DNA of 64,000 nt. Origin: Chlorokybus atmophyticus. Lineage: Eukaryota > Plantae > Mesostigma and Chlorokybus algae. The notes under the pieces were generated by a model. It was not told where the DNA came from, did no database searches, and saw only the letters and a list, made by a program, of their open reading frames with translations. Both the position numbers and the translations under genes were made by a program. Below are positions 40,403 to 53,523 of this stretch, piece by piece (the first letter of the stretch is position 1; the number at the start of each line of letters is the position of its first letter). The DNA is taken from the NCBI GenBank assembly GCA_009103225.1, contig RHPI01002823.1, positions 945,147 to 1,009,146 on the forward strand, given 5' to 3'.

Positions 40403-42841
40403 ACTAGGTGACTGACTGCAGCTCCCCTTTGGCGGGACTGTCATGCGGTGCGGCGCTAGGCAGCAGGCATAATATTTCCATGTCAGACATAACAAGCGTG
40501 CCTAGGGTCGCACACTCTCAGTTTTGCTTTTGCACGTTGGTAGGTGGTACAGTTAGGTTGCAGGAGTGCTCGCTTATTCTTTAGCCGGGGTGAAATCATG
40601 TCTTTCACTGTCTGGTACGTGGTGTTGTGCAAGTATTTGCAAAATGCACAGAACAGCACGTCATATATCCTGTACACAATGCTTCTAGATATGTGTCCTG
40701 TTTATAGGTGTGCATGTGCGTGCGCATCCACGGAGTGCAAATGTGTGGAATGCTCAGTACTGTGAATGCATACAGGTGCAGCATTTCACACGCATATAAT
40801 ACGTACATTGTTGCCAGTTGGTACGAGCAAGCAGGCAGCACATTACATTATGCAAGCATTCAACTCAACGCTGCCACCATGCCTATCATGCAGGATCGGT
40901 TATTCATGCTGCATGCTGCAGAACGTTGGCCGCTCGCTCATGGGCAAAATGCATGCTATGTAAACAAGGCCTGGGTATGTATTTGATGGTACTTACAGAC
41001 ACTTGTTCCAGCAGGTTGCGTCTGCTTCAGCAACGCCACAGGTTGAGTGAGCATGCGTGAGGGTGCACAGATCAGTCAGATGGGTGCGCATGTATGTGTA
41101 CATCAAATGCAAGACATGCATGCGCATGCACAACGTGTAGTCAAGTCAGCACGCAGCAACACATGCAAGGTACATCAAATGAAATTCAGTTGACCACCGG
41201 GCTACTACTAGCACGCTAATCTACCGCATCTACCCCGTTAGACATGCAGCAGTCAACATGCAGTTGGTAATCACCTGCCCACATGGGCGTTGGTCAGTTG
41301 TTGGCGCTTTCGGTCACGCAGAGAGCATGCACATTGTCGACCAGGACTCCCCCTCCCTCTCTCCCTGGCTCCGCCTCCTTCCTCGCCCATTGCTAGCGAC
41401 GCAGCAGGGTTTGCTGGGTTGTGTCATAGCTGCGTTGCACTGCCAACGTCAGCAGTGCCTGGTCCAGTGCCCTCCGCACAGGTTGTGCTGTGTTCGGTTT
41501 GGGTGCTGGGCTGTATGCACACAATGGTGGGGAGCATTCCATGCCCGCTGCCATTGCATGCTAGCAGGCCTGTTTCCGTACTGCATGTTTCTTAACACTG
41601 AGCTTGGTGTATATGTAAACACCACCAGTTGTAGAACATCTACAACTCGAGCCACCGTGTTTGCCGATTGCTGCTAGCATGGTGCCAAACGAATGCCTGC
41701 AGCCGTTTGCGCGTTGTGACTGGCAGGGGTATGTAACGCGCGTGAAACCCTCACCGGCGCGGGGCTGGTTGTGGCTTCCTGGTCGTCATCTTGGTCCGGG
41801 TTTACGCCTAACCTTTCCCCCTCTGCCCCCCTGTGTTGCCCTGCAGGTACCCCTCTTGCTGTCGCCCATTCCTATCTGCCTGCTCTGCTTGCGTCTTGCA
41901 CATAGCCAGCCCCCTTACCTAGGGTAGTTGTTGGGCTTCCTAGTTGCTCGTTGCTTGTGCTTAGATAATGTGCTGTGCGTGTGGTGTGGTGTGCTGCTGA
42001 TGTCACTGGGGGCCCCTCGGTTTTACCTAATGCATGACTCCCTCCAAGTGTCGCTGCTCCGCCCCGCGCACCGGTACGGTGTAGTGCGCATACAAGCGCA
42101 AGATGTGCTGAAACTCCTCCCCTAGCGCGCCACGCATCTCCATCGCCAACGGGTACAAGGTGTCTCCGGGTGTGTGGGTGGCCATCATACTTGCGGCGCT
42201 TGGCTGCCTTGGATGCACGCACCACCATGCCTGCTCGTTCTCAACACGCCATGACAATTGACGCCCAGCAACATCTTCGTGTCGCGACCGGGTTTCAACA
42301 GGTGTGCTCTCCGGTTGTGAGCACGTGAACACGGCATCATACACGTACATATGTATATTATAGCTGTTGCAAAATGTATGCCCTCTTGATAGTATCTTTG
42401 CTGCAATCTTTACGGTGCTAACAAACAACCATGAGGTTACAGCCATCCCGCCCACCCCATCACACTACGCACACCTCATTTCATGTACTCCCACACGCCC
42501 ACCACGCGCATGCCCATCCACACCCACTCAGTATGTGTGCTGAGCGCCACAAGCAGAACACACTACCACCAGCAGCCAATGCGTTCCCGGCTTGCAGCAG
42601 CAAAAGAATTACTTGCTCACAGGCCTTCAAGGTCAACAGAAGCAACAGAGACACGGAGTATGCAAACTATAGTTTGCACATTGCCAATGCTTCAAAAGTC
42701 AAAAGCATTCCACCGGCTACACAGTGAAATGAACCATCCACTTCTACACCATTTCTAAAGAATCGTGTTTATATACAACGTAAAATGCTAACGCTGCAAT
42801 TGAACAAATAACCTGTGTGGTACAATCACCACTCCCCTGCA

Positions 42842-45800
42842 TTACGCCTCCATATCACCCCAGCGCACGTTGTACTTGGCTGCGAGATAATGCGCACCAA
42901 TAGGACCTCGGCTGCCATAGGGATAGAGCTCTGGCACCATCTTCTCCCTCTCCATAGTGTGAAGGAGAGGAGTCCAAATCTTCCAGGCTGCTTCAAGCTC
43001 ATCGCTGCGAATGAAGAGGCGCTTGTCACCGTTGATGACATCCAAAATGAGGCGCTCGTACGAGTCGGGGATCTCCTTGTTGTAGCGGTCCTGGTACTGG
43101 AGGTCAAGCGTGCTGCGGTCGAGCTTGAGGCCCAAGCCGGGGACCTTGTTGTTGATCTTCAAGTAGATGGCCTCCTTAGGCTGCACGCGGATGACAAGCT
43201 CGTTGGTGGCGCGGTCCATGTCGGCCCCAAAGCGGGCCTTGTAGAGGCTTCCCGGCACGTGGCGAAACTGTATGCGGATCTCCGTGCGCCTGTTGCTGAG
43301 GGCCTTGCCGGCCTTCATGAGAAACGGCACGCCGTCCCAGCGGTGATTGTTAATGAATAAGGCGCATGCAGCGAAGGTGGGCGTGATCGAGTCCTCGCGC
43401 ACGGTGTCATCGTCAGTGTAACCTGGATGGTCTTGGCCTCCGACCTTCGCAGCCTTGTACTGACCGATCACGAGGTCCTCCACGTCAACAGTCTTCATGC
43501 AGCGAAGCAGCTTCACCTTTTCATTACGCAGGTCCTCGGCGTCCAATGACACAGGCTGCTCCATCGCAAAGAGAGCTACAATCTGCAGCAAGTGATTCTG
43601 CATGATGTCGCGGATGATGCCGTACTGGTCAAAGTATCCCCCGCGGCCTTGCGTACCAAAGTCTTCTGAAAAGATGATCTGCACATTGCGGATGAACTGA
43701 CGGGACCACAGTGGCTCGAACACCAGGTTGGAGAAGCGCAGCACGGTCAAGTTCTCGATCAACTCCTTGCCCAAGTAGTGGTCGATCCTGTAGCAGCGTA
43801 CCGTTTGGAGGGACGGAAGCGAGCACAACTACTGGACGCGTATGCTGTGTGGGTGGTGAATGGCACAGTCATGGGTAATGCACTAACACATACCGATAAA
43901 TCTGCTCCTCAGTAAGGTAGTTGTTGAGACCCTCAGCCAACTCCCTTGATGACTCCAGGTCCCGCCCAAATGGCTTCTCCACAATCACGCGAGTCCAGCC
44001 ACTCTTGCTGTGAAAGTACAATATAACACAAAAATCAAGACCAAAGCGGTAAAAACGCCAAAGACAACATTCACAAATCTGCATATCACTGGACAACAGA
44101 CCAACACTCAACACCCTTGCGCATGATTGTATTTAATCCGCTCACCTCGAGGCTGACGTGCTGGCGCATTGTGCCACAGGAACGAATATGGTTGGCGGTA
44201 TGGACATGTAAAAGATGCGGTTGGCATGCTTATCTCCCTGAAGCACAACAATGAATGCACAATGAGATTGACGACCTGTACCAGGATAATACTGCAAGAC
44301 AATGCAATGCTGAAGATTTGCATACACATTCATCTGCGTCAGTACGCATGTGTGCGCATTTGTGTGTAAGTGGGTGTTCGACTGTTAACACGTAATGCAG
44401 TCAATGTCGTTTTACCTCCTTCTCGAGCAGCTTTTCGTGAAGTTCTTTGAATGAATCGCAACTATTGTATTGCCCCGCATGATAAAAGCAGTTTTCCAGA
44501 AACTCCTCCATCTTCTTGCCACAATCTTTCCTGAAGAGATAAAAGCATTAGAGATAATAACAATTTTACCAAAACGCCACAAACCAACCACAGCATATGT
44601 TTCCGGTTACGACGTGATGCCACATCTTGTTCAACTGTTGGTATGCTCAATTTTTACACGCTCCCTTACAATGCTAACCAGCCATTCATAGCGTGTAACA
44701 CATGTGTCTGCATGCAATGCAACCTGCAACGTTTCGTTTCAACCTGATCGTACCGTTTGTCAATCCGGCAAGTGAGGTTTTGACTGATCATCGTGCGCAG
44801 TTCCTCATTGGTCATCTTGCTCCGCGCAAATCCGAAGATTGTGAATTGCTGTGTACACGAACGGCTCAGACACAACTTGGCCAGGTACATAGAGCCATAC
44901 ACGACTCTGAGACAGCTATATGTAAAACAAGTGACAACACACTTACGCGCACACACTATGTGTTCATGGCAACCTGTGAACACAATGTTTGTGTGTGGCG
45001 ATTGAATATACCCACCTTTGGCATGAAGCCCTCATAGTAAAGTGCAAAGAGCGCCGGGAAAATCTTTTTCTTGGCCAAGTCGCCGGATGCACCCACAACG
45101 GTGATGCTAAGTGTTGTCAAGTTTGCCACATCGAAGCCTTGGCCAAAATCTGCGCTCCTGTCCCGCGGCTTCTTCTCGTCCTGAGAAGAAGAAGCAATCT
45201 TCCTCTCCTCTTGAGCTTGAGTCTCGGTAGCTGAATTAGCTGCTGAAGAAGCTGTCCCATTGCCATCTGCGGCACGCACGGAGATTGTGCTGAGCACTTT
45301 GCACGCAGCCTTGACAATAGCCTTGCGTACGCAATCCCAGCTTTGAACTGCAGCAAGCGGCAAACCCTAAACAGACAGAAGCCCTCACCTTGATGCGCGT
45401 GGCACAGCAGTAACCAAGTGTCTGTCAATTCAAGGACAATGTGCAGCTACGTCTCATTGCATTGAACGCACTGCATAGTTGCAAGCACTGCAGCATGAAA
45501 AATATCACACTATGCCTGCATGAAGGGACAACTGGAACTTCCGCCATGGCATTGAGCAGCATTGAGCCCGGACTGGAGCTGTTGTGTATGATACATCATC
45601 CTACCTTTGGCGGGGGCTTTGGTGGGGGCGGGGGAGGGGCTCGTCTTGGGCGCTGCCGCCTCAGCGCGTGCGTAGGAGGAGGACGACGAGGAGGAGGAGG
45701 ATGAGGCGGAGCGGCGGCTGCGGGTCACATGCAGGGGGCTTGAAGGCTCAGGGCGACTGCTCAGCCTGCACCTGCTATGCTGCTGTCGCCGCCGCAGTGA

Positions 45801-45914
45801 CGGTGCTGAGAGCTTTGAGCTTGGTGACAATGCCGACGGAAACGTCGATGTCGATACTGTGGACACCGCGACCCTGCTGGCTACCGCCGCCGCCGCCGCC
45901 ACCGCCATCGCCAT
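42842..45914 (-). CDS. G6PD: Glucose-6-phosphate dehydrogenase, plastidic type
   Basis: Ser-rich transit peptide, [42 protein letters not shown], and the plastid redox Cys pair [14 protein letters not shown]. Confidence 0.97.
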
Positions 45915-46359
45915 GGCAAACCACTACACCGACACAGTCGCCGAATGTAGTGTAGTCGCTTTGTTTCTTTTGGGGCGTTCGCCGAGTCGTCAATCAGAGT
46001 GTGCACTTTGTGCATGCGCAGTTGGCAGTCGAATCCAATGACGCAAAAGGCCGGAAACCAGGTCACTCCCTTAGATGCGCCGCACTTTGACGCCGTTGAT
46101 TTGCCTTTTGGAGTGCCAACTGGGCCGAGCTGGCCATGGTGTCTTATACCCAGGGACAACGTCCTTCATTATAGGACAACCATGATCTGCTGCAATTCTT
46201 GAAAAGAGTATATCTTGCAGTATCAAGTTCAGCTTATAGCAAGGGCACTGGTTTAGCCTGTGTTGTGGGCGTTGGTGTCGTTGTGGTTGGCGGCGTCGGC
46301 GGCATAGGCGGCGTGGTGGGTGTGGGTCAGGGTGTTGGAGTGTTGCCTGTTTGAAAGAA

Positions 46360-49005
46360 ATGGCGACGCTGGCGGATTCCTTCTTGGCGGACTTGGAAGA
46401 GCTGTCGGAGGGAGAGGAGGAGGACCAGCAGCAGAATGACGATCTGGAGGCCATGGATGCAGAGGGCGACGCCGTTGAGGGCGCCGACCTGGATGCGGAC
46501 ATTGAAAACCTTCACCATGACGACTTACATGCCGTCGCCAAGCTGCAGGTGCGGCGTTGCACAAGTTTGCTTTTCAGTTGCTTGAGCCAAATCAGGGTTT
46601 TGTCGCATGGCTGTTAGTCTTTAAGTTGTAGAAACAATGCTTTTGTGCTTACCAATCTCTGATGTTTCTCCGGGTGCATGCATGCTCGTTTGGATGACAA
46701 GTACTCGTTCAATCACTTTGTCCGATGAAAGCTGTCTTGGTTCTTGCACTGTGTCTGCACAACTTTTATTGGTTCTAGCCCAATCTGTGCGACCATTAAG
46801 CATGCCAAGTACATTGAAAATTCATGAAGTTTGGTTGTTATTGCACTTCCAGATTGGCATTACTACAGCTTGAATTCACAAACACGCTTGCGCAGCATCG
46901 CTGCCTGCAACTGCATGACTGGCTGCAGACATCATGCGATTGCGTGTGACTGGGGAGTGCATAAAGCTTGCTGAGGCTTCCATTTCTCCCTGTCGTGCAG
47001 AGCACCGAGCGTTTCAAGACCACAATTGCCAAAGTCAGGGAAGCCATGGCAGTGGGTGAGCCCGAGCGGAAAGCCAGCGCCATTGGACTGGCTGAGGAGG
47101 ATCCGGAGTACCAACTCATTGTCCATTGCAACTCTCTAACGGTACAACCACGCACTCATGCACACACGCATGCACGCGCACTCGCATTACTCGACACTTG
47201 CAGCAATCACTCCTGTGCTAGCTTGGTTGTTTTGCTGATTATTGACTTTGATGCATGCAGGTGGACATTGACAACGAGGTAGTTGTGATTCACAACTTCA
47301 TTCGCGACAAGTACCGGTTGAAGTTCCCAGAGCTGGACAGTCTTGTGCTTCATCCCATTGATTACGCACGTGTCGTGAAGCGCATTGGCAACGAGATGGA
47401 TTTGACGCTCGTGGATCTTGAGGGCCTACTGCCGTCTGCTACCATCATGGTGGTCTCTGTCACGGCCTCCACCACTACGGGCAAACCTTTGTCCGCCGCA
47501 GACCTGGAAAAGACTCTTGAGGTACCCTACAGTATCGTCAATGGGTTGCACACTGGGTGGACCTGCCTAATTTACTTGCACTTACATGTGAGTTCGCATT
47601 GACTCCTCCCTGCTTTACTGCACTGCTGGCGAGTGTGAGGGGTGTCGCATGCGTGTGCTGTAGTGTTGAGAAATTGAAGTTTCCAGTGGGTTCGAGTGGG
47701 TTCAAGCAACTCATACATACTGTTGCAGGCATGTGACATGGCGCTCGCGCTGGACGAAGCGAAGCAACTGCTGCTTGCATTTGTGGAGAGCCGCATGGCT
47801 CTCGTGGCACCCAACTTGTCTGCTGCAGCCGGCAGTGCCGTCGCTGCCAAGCTCATTGGCATTGCCGGAGGACTAAATGTGCTGGCCAAGACGCCAGCAT
47901 GTAATGTACAGGTAGGTGTCTTCTGTCGCTGCGCAGTTTCATGCTGCCTGGGAGCCTCCCCAGTGGGAGGTTGAGATGTTGCTGCGACAATGCGGAGATT
48001 AACCAACACTCTGGTGCAGGTTTTGGGTGCTAAGAGGAAAACGTTGGCTGGTTTTTCGACAGCGACAGCGTTGCCTCACACAGGCTTTGTTTTTCAGTGC
48101 GATATTGTGCAGGTAGACTGCCAACAGTACCAAAGTGGTTGTTGGGCATTGGACACTGCAATTAGCACAGGACGTTGCATGCAATGTTGCTCAAGTCCAC
48201 TGAACTGCTCATGTGCAGAATACACCACCGGCGTTGCGGATGCGCGCTTGCCGGTTGCTTGGCGGCAAGTGCACATTACTGGCGCGCGTAGATGCTACAG
48301 GAGGTGACGTCACTGGCGGCGTGGGCCGGCAGATGCGAGAAGACATGCGAAAAAAGATAGAGAAGTGGCAGGAACCGCCCCCACCCAAACAACCCAAACC
48401 ACTGCCGGTTCCTGACGCAGACCCCAAGAAGAAGCGCGGTGGCAGGTAGTGTAGCTGGACGAGTGTGTCTTACCTGCAAGCACGTGCCCTGAGGTCACAC
48501 TATTTATGCTGGTCTTTTCAGGCGGTTACGGAAAATGAAGGAGAGGTATGCCATGACAGACATGCGCAAGCTGACCAACCGCATGATGTTCAATCAAACG
48601 GAGGAGACTGTGCTTGGAGATGGTAAGCCTTGCGAGCGCTCATTGTTTTCAGTCATTGAAGTCTTGTGCTGAAGTACTGCGGACTTGATTTCTATTACCT
48701 GTTGTTAACGTATCCTCTGAGTGGCAGGTATCGGCAAGGGGTTGGGTATCTTGGGGCAGGCAGGCAGCGGCAAGCTTCGTATTGGCGTGACGCAGAGCAA
48801 GCTGGCCGCCAAAGCGGCGAAGAAGCTTCAGCAGAAGACGTATGGCAGCGGAGGCATGACGTCGGGGCTGTCGTCATCGCTCGCATTCACTCCCGTCCAG
48901 GGCTTTGAGCTGGAGAACCCCAACGCCCGCAAGGAGCAGAGCGGCACCGCAAGCACGTACTTTTCCGAGACAGGCAGCTTTTCACGTCTGCGGACACCAA
49001 AGTAG
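46360..49005 (+). CDS. PRP31: U4/U6 snRNP protein Prp31
   Basis: [84 protein letters not shown] and [11 protein letters not shown]. Confidence 0.97.
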
Positions 49006-49821
49006 AGGACAAGTAGAGGACGCTCATGATCTGTCCAAGACCAGCACCCCTAGAGTTGTAACCTTCAGGCTGCTGGGCTGCAGGTAGGGATTTCCACACT
49101 CTGCAAAGAGTGACGTTGCAGACTAGCCCTGTGTTGTGTTGTCGACAGCAACCCATGGGCATCCCATCTTGCAGGTGTACAGTCGCCCCCTCAACTATGC
49201 AGCCCCAGAGAGGTTGTCATCCGTTGCGCTGAGGGATGGCACCAGGCACAAGTACTGCTGTGCAATTAGGACTTGGACCATTGGGGTATGTTAATGAACT
49301 TGTTTGCCGCCCTAGTATTGACTTCTCTCTGACTTGTCAATTTGGGTGGGTTACTCGCTGTTTGCTATTGACTGCGTAGGCATGTGAGATTAGTCCGTTT
49401 GCGCACTACTAGCAGGTGGCTTTTAAGTGGATATCGTGCTGCCGAGTCAAGAGCGACCTTGCCCAGAGTGATGCCACTATCATATTCAAGTGTACATGGT
49501 TTCATGCTCAGATGTGGCTCGCGTTGATGCTGCGGCTAATTTGCTGCTACCATGCATGACTGCTTCGTAGCTGCTTTATGTAACCTGCATGTGTGCAAAC
49601 GCTAATAGAGCAAGGCTGGACGCGAATTGGCGACTCAATGTGATCCTGAGTTGGTTGCGTCAAGTGTGTACATTATGCCAAAAGCACAGCATGTGCATAC
49701 GTGTCGCGCATTATCTGTACTCCAGCACAAGTACAGTATGGCCTTCTGTACATGGAGTTTTCTGTTGCATGGGCGCTGACCAGTTGTCACACCCAGCACA
49801 GCCTCTCAGGGACACTTATGG

Positions 49822-52752
49822 CTATTTACTGTCCACAGCTTGCAGATCACTGAGCCATGCATTGCTGCACCTTACCAAATCTAATTCAGCTTGAACTCCC
49901 ACAGTAAGTGCGCGCTGCAGAACCAACTCCTCCTGGCACAACAATGTGACTGTCAGGCTTGATTGCACTGCTGCTGTTTGGATCTCAACCAAATGCTATG
50001 TTGTCGTGCATGTGCATTGTATGCGCACATTGCTTGTGCAATATGCGCAAGCGTGAGCCCAACATACACAACTGCACGCAACTGCTAAATACCTGTAATC
50101 GCTCGTGTTCTGAAGCCACTGCCTGGACGCTGTCAGCTAGGTATGACCGCAACAGAAGCACATGCTCGCCAATGCTTTGTAATGCTTCCTGCAACAGAAA
50201 GTGTGGCTGAAGTCTATGTGTGAGCGCATGGCAGCCTTATGCGTAACGCTTGAACTCATTTATGTTCAATCAACTTACCTGTAGATCTGTCGTTGGGCTC
50301 ACTCTGCTCGTTGCCGTCTCAATCATATTCAGCACCTGGATACCGCACACAGTTAAGGCAGTTAAGGCGTTTATGTATACGTGTCCAGGTTTAGGGAGGA
50401 CCAGCCTGACAAGGAATGCATGTGGTATTTTGTAATGAACAAAGTACACAGTGTCCAAATAGTAGATAGCAAATTAAAGCGCTTGCCTGCTCTGCCAGAA
50501 GGTTGCTGGTTACTAGCAGAGAATGAAAGTTGCCGTCGAGGTCCTCATGCGAGCGAAACAGTGCGGAACTGGTGGGTACGTGGTTTGTTGCGTCTTGAGC
50601 GGTCTGTCTGCTTGCAATAGTAACAGTCAGTGCTTTACAATATACGTACATCCAATGTTCATCCAAGGCGCGCACCGTTCTGTGGCTTGAGCTGGTTCTT
50701 CTCTTCCCTCGTTGTTTGCCTGCGTGTGCGGTTGCATGCCACCATGCGCTGATTCATTGCTACCCCTTGGCGTCCCGGATGGCTCACCAGCATCCTCTAT
50801 CAACCAATGCTGCTGATCTGTGGTAGCCTCCTCCCCAGTGACTAACATGTCATCTGAAGGCGGGAGTTCCTCGGAGCATAGCAACGGATCCCTACAACAC
50901 CATCGTAAGTAACAGTACTCGTACAAGTTGTGCAATGTCTTTAATACGAATCAGTGTCAAAACTCAGTAATTGCTAATGCTGACAGGCAGGTCATTGACC
51001 AATGTATGCGTGGGACCTTGTTAAGGGACCACCAATGTCAAAGAGGTTGCTGGCAGCCTGTGGCATGTGAGCCTGGGCCTCACTCGCTGCAACTTGAGCA
51101 CGCACTGCAGGAAGATGCCTATGCACAGGTACTGATGGTAGCTCTGGGGTCACTGTGCAGGCAGATGCTTCATGACGCACTTGTTGTTCACTCAGCTGCA
51201 TAACAGGAGCAGTCAATCAGAGACAGTGTCTAAGCAAGCTTTCTTCGTGGCAACTCTACATGCCAAGGCCTTCACTCACTTTGTAAAGTAGAAGCGCTGC
51301 AGTCAGGTGACTTTCCAGCTGCTGAACGTTTACTTTGAGAGGCAGCAGCAGGTCGATCTCGGTTGCCATCTGCATGGTGCACAGCTGCTTAATCTTAAAA
51401 GTCAGATTCGCAAGTGACGGAATTGAGAGCCATAGCCGTACCTTGCTTGCGGCTTGTGTCACACTGGCGAGGCGCTTCGTCATGGTCTCAATGTAGTTCA
51501 ACTCGTTGGCTCGGCGAACCTCCTCATCACCTTGCGCAGTCTCTTGTGCGTCTCCTTCAGCAGCCTACACCAACTGCTTGAGCACACTGCCTTCATACAT
51601 GCAGAAACAACGTGCAATGTGTACATGACAATCACGCAGAACTCTTCTTCAACTGTCAACTTACAACAGTACGAGTTGATTTCTAAGTACCTGTTGCCTG
51701 AGTGCAGTCAGCTGGCTTTCAAGCTCAGCTATGCGCGTGTCTTTTTCGAGAGTCCGCTGCTTCAGCGTGTCCCTTAATGCAGTGCACTGCTGTTGCATCT
51801 GATCAAAGGCCTCCAGCAGCTGCGCGTTGGTGTCGGACAGGCTGGCCACGTAGCCCGCTTCACGCTGTTTCCTAGTCTTCTGCATGCACAGACCATGAGC
51901 ATTGGCAAACACAGCAAGCTTTCAGCAAGGTACTGGAGCCGTACCTTTGTAAAAAGGCGTTTCCCGCCAGCATGATGCTTTTTGCTTGAAGCAGGTTCTT
52001 CAGGCGCAGCTCCCTCTTGGATGTTGGTCTGTGCATAAATGATTGCAATATGTATGCTGTGCAGAACGCAGCCAAGCAGTGTACTTGCTTGACCTATTGC
52101 TTACATCAAGAGGTTCGCCAGATAAGAGGTTCTCTTCGTCCGAGCGCCTGCGCCGTTTCAACTCGAGCTTTGCGGACAGTGCCAGTGAAGGCAGTGTCAG
52201 CTGGTGCTGATCAGCAGACCGCGCGCGCTTCTTGCCCGAGCTGCTGCCCGTCTGCTTGCTCGAGCCGCTGCTTCTTGTCTTGGCATTGCTGTCTGAAGGC
52301 TTTCTGCGCCGTGACTGCAGCGCAATTGAGTATGTTAGGCTGTGCATGGTTGAACCAAACACTGCTGTTGATCCACAACATTCTGACAAGTTGAGAACTT
52401 AGGCAACTTCCACTGGCATCACCTTGCTAAACATACTTTCGCAGAAACTGTTACTATTGCTGTCAGTACTGTTATGTTCACGTCGATGACTGAAGAAGAG
52501 TGCTGAAGCGTGTTTTCCAACGTTTGGGTTGTGAGATTACCATAACAACATCCCGACTACCTTTACCCCACCCCCCACCCCACCCCCCACCCCCGCGCCG
52601 CACATGCAAACACGCTTGCACACGCAGCCACGAGCGCGCATGAAGACACAAACTTATACCTTGTGTTTCCCAGCTGTGGTGGTGTGAGGCGTTCGGACCG
52701 CAGCAACGCCTTCAGCGATGTCGGCGAGGGGCTTTCGAGGTGTCTCTGACAT
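49822..52752 (-). CDS. Hypothetical multi-exon protein with basic NLS-like stretches and a coiled coil
   Basis: Exons with canonical splice sites join in phase: MSETPRKPLADIAEG (52752-52660), SRRRKPSD...LKRRRRSDEEN, TNIQEGAAPEEP, KTRKQREAGYVASLSDTNAQLLEAFDQMQQQC..RIAELESQLTALRQQ. The 3' exons and stop are uncertain; no family recognised. Confidence 0.5.
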
Positions 52753-53523
52753 GCTAGACTCTTCCTGTCGCTGCCTGACTGCTTGAATCTGAGCACAAGC
52801 ACATGAAACCACCAGCTGGTGAGAAAGTAGTCTAAAGCAAGCACAGTAACATTTTGCTGTAGGCTGCTGGCTGGATGCTACCCATTAACTGGTGGCACAA
52901 ACGCTTAAGCACAGCTCAGGTGACTAATATCCAGTGCATGCACGTTGCATGCTTATTCTCGTGTGCTCGTATCGGAAGCTGTTTGCAGCAACCAGCAACC
53001 GCAGTGCAGCTACCAACGACAGCTTACCAGCTAGCACACCGCCAACCACACACCGTGACAGGTTTCCAAGCTCAGCTCAACTCAGATCAGCTCAACTCAG
53101 CTGGGAGAAACTCAAACACCCACAGGCGTCGAGCTACCCCTCCCACCAAGCAACAGCCGCCGCCTCCGCCTTCACCGCCGCAAGTAGTGGGACCTTCACC
53201 TAGCCGCAAGCAGTACACGCCGTGCGAAGCAGCTTCGAAGCAGTGCACACGTTTTGAACTGTTTGAAAGAAGCATTTTTTGGCGCCAGTGCGTGCCCGCC
53301 GCACAAGCGCACAGCAGAAACGGACTTCTCCCACTACCGTAGCTGGATATACGCATTTCCTCTTACAGAGCAACTTGCATGTGGTACCGGTACAGGCTGC
53401 GGATTGCAGCCGGCGACCCATACATGAATGCAGCTCGTCATCCCTATGCATACCGTACGGTACGATGGTATGCAGCCGCACAACGACTTAGGGTTTATAA
53501 CACAAAGTAGCACATTGCCGCCA

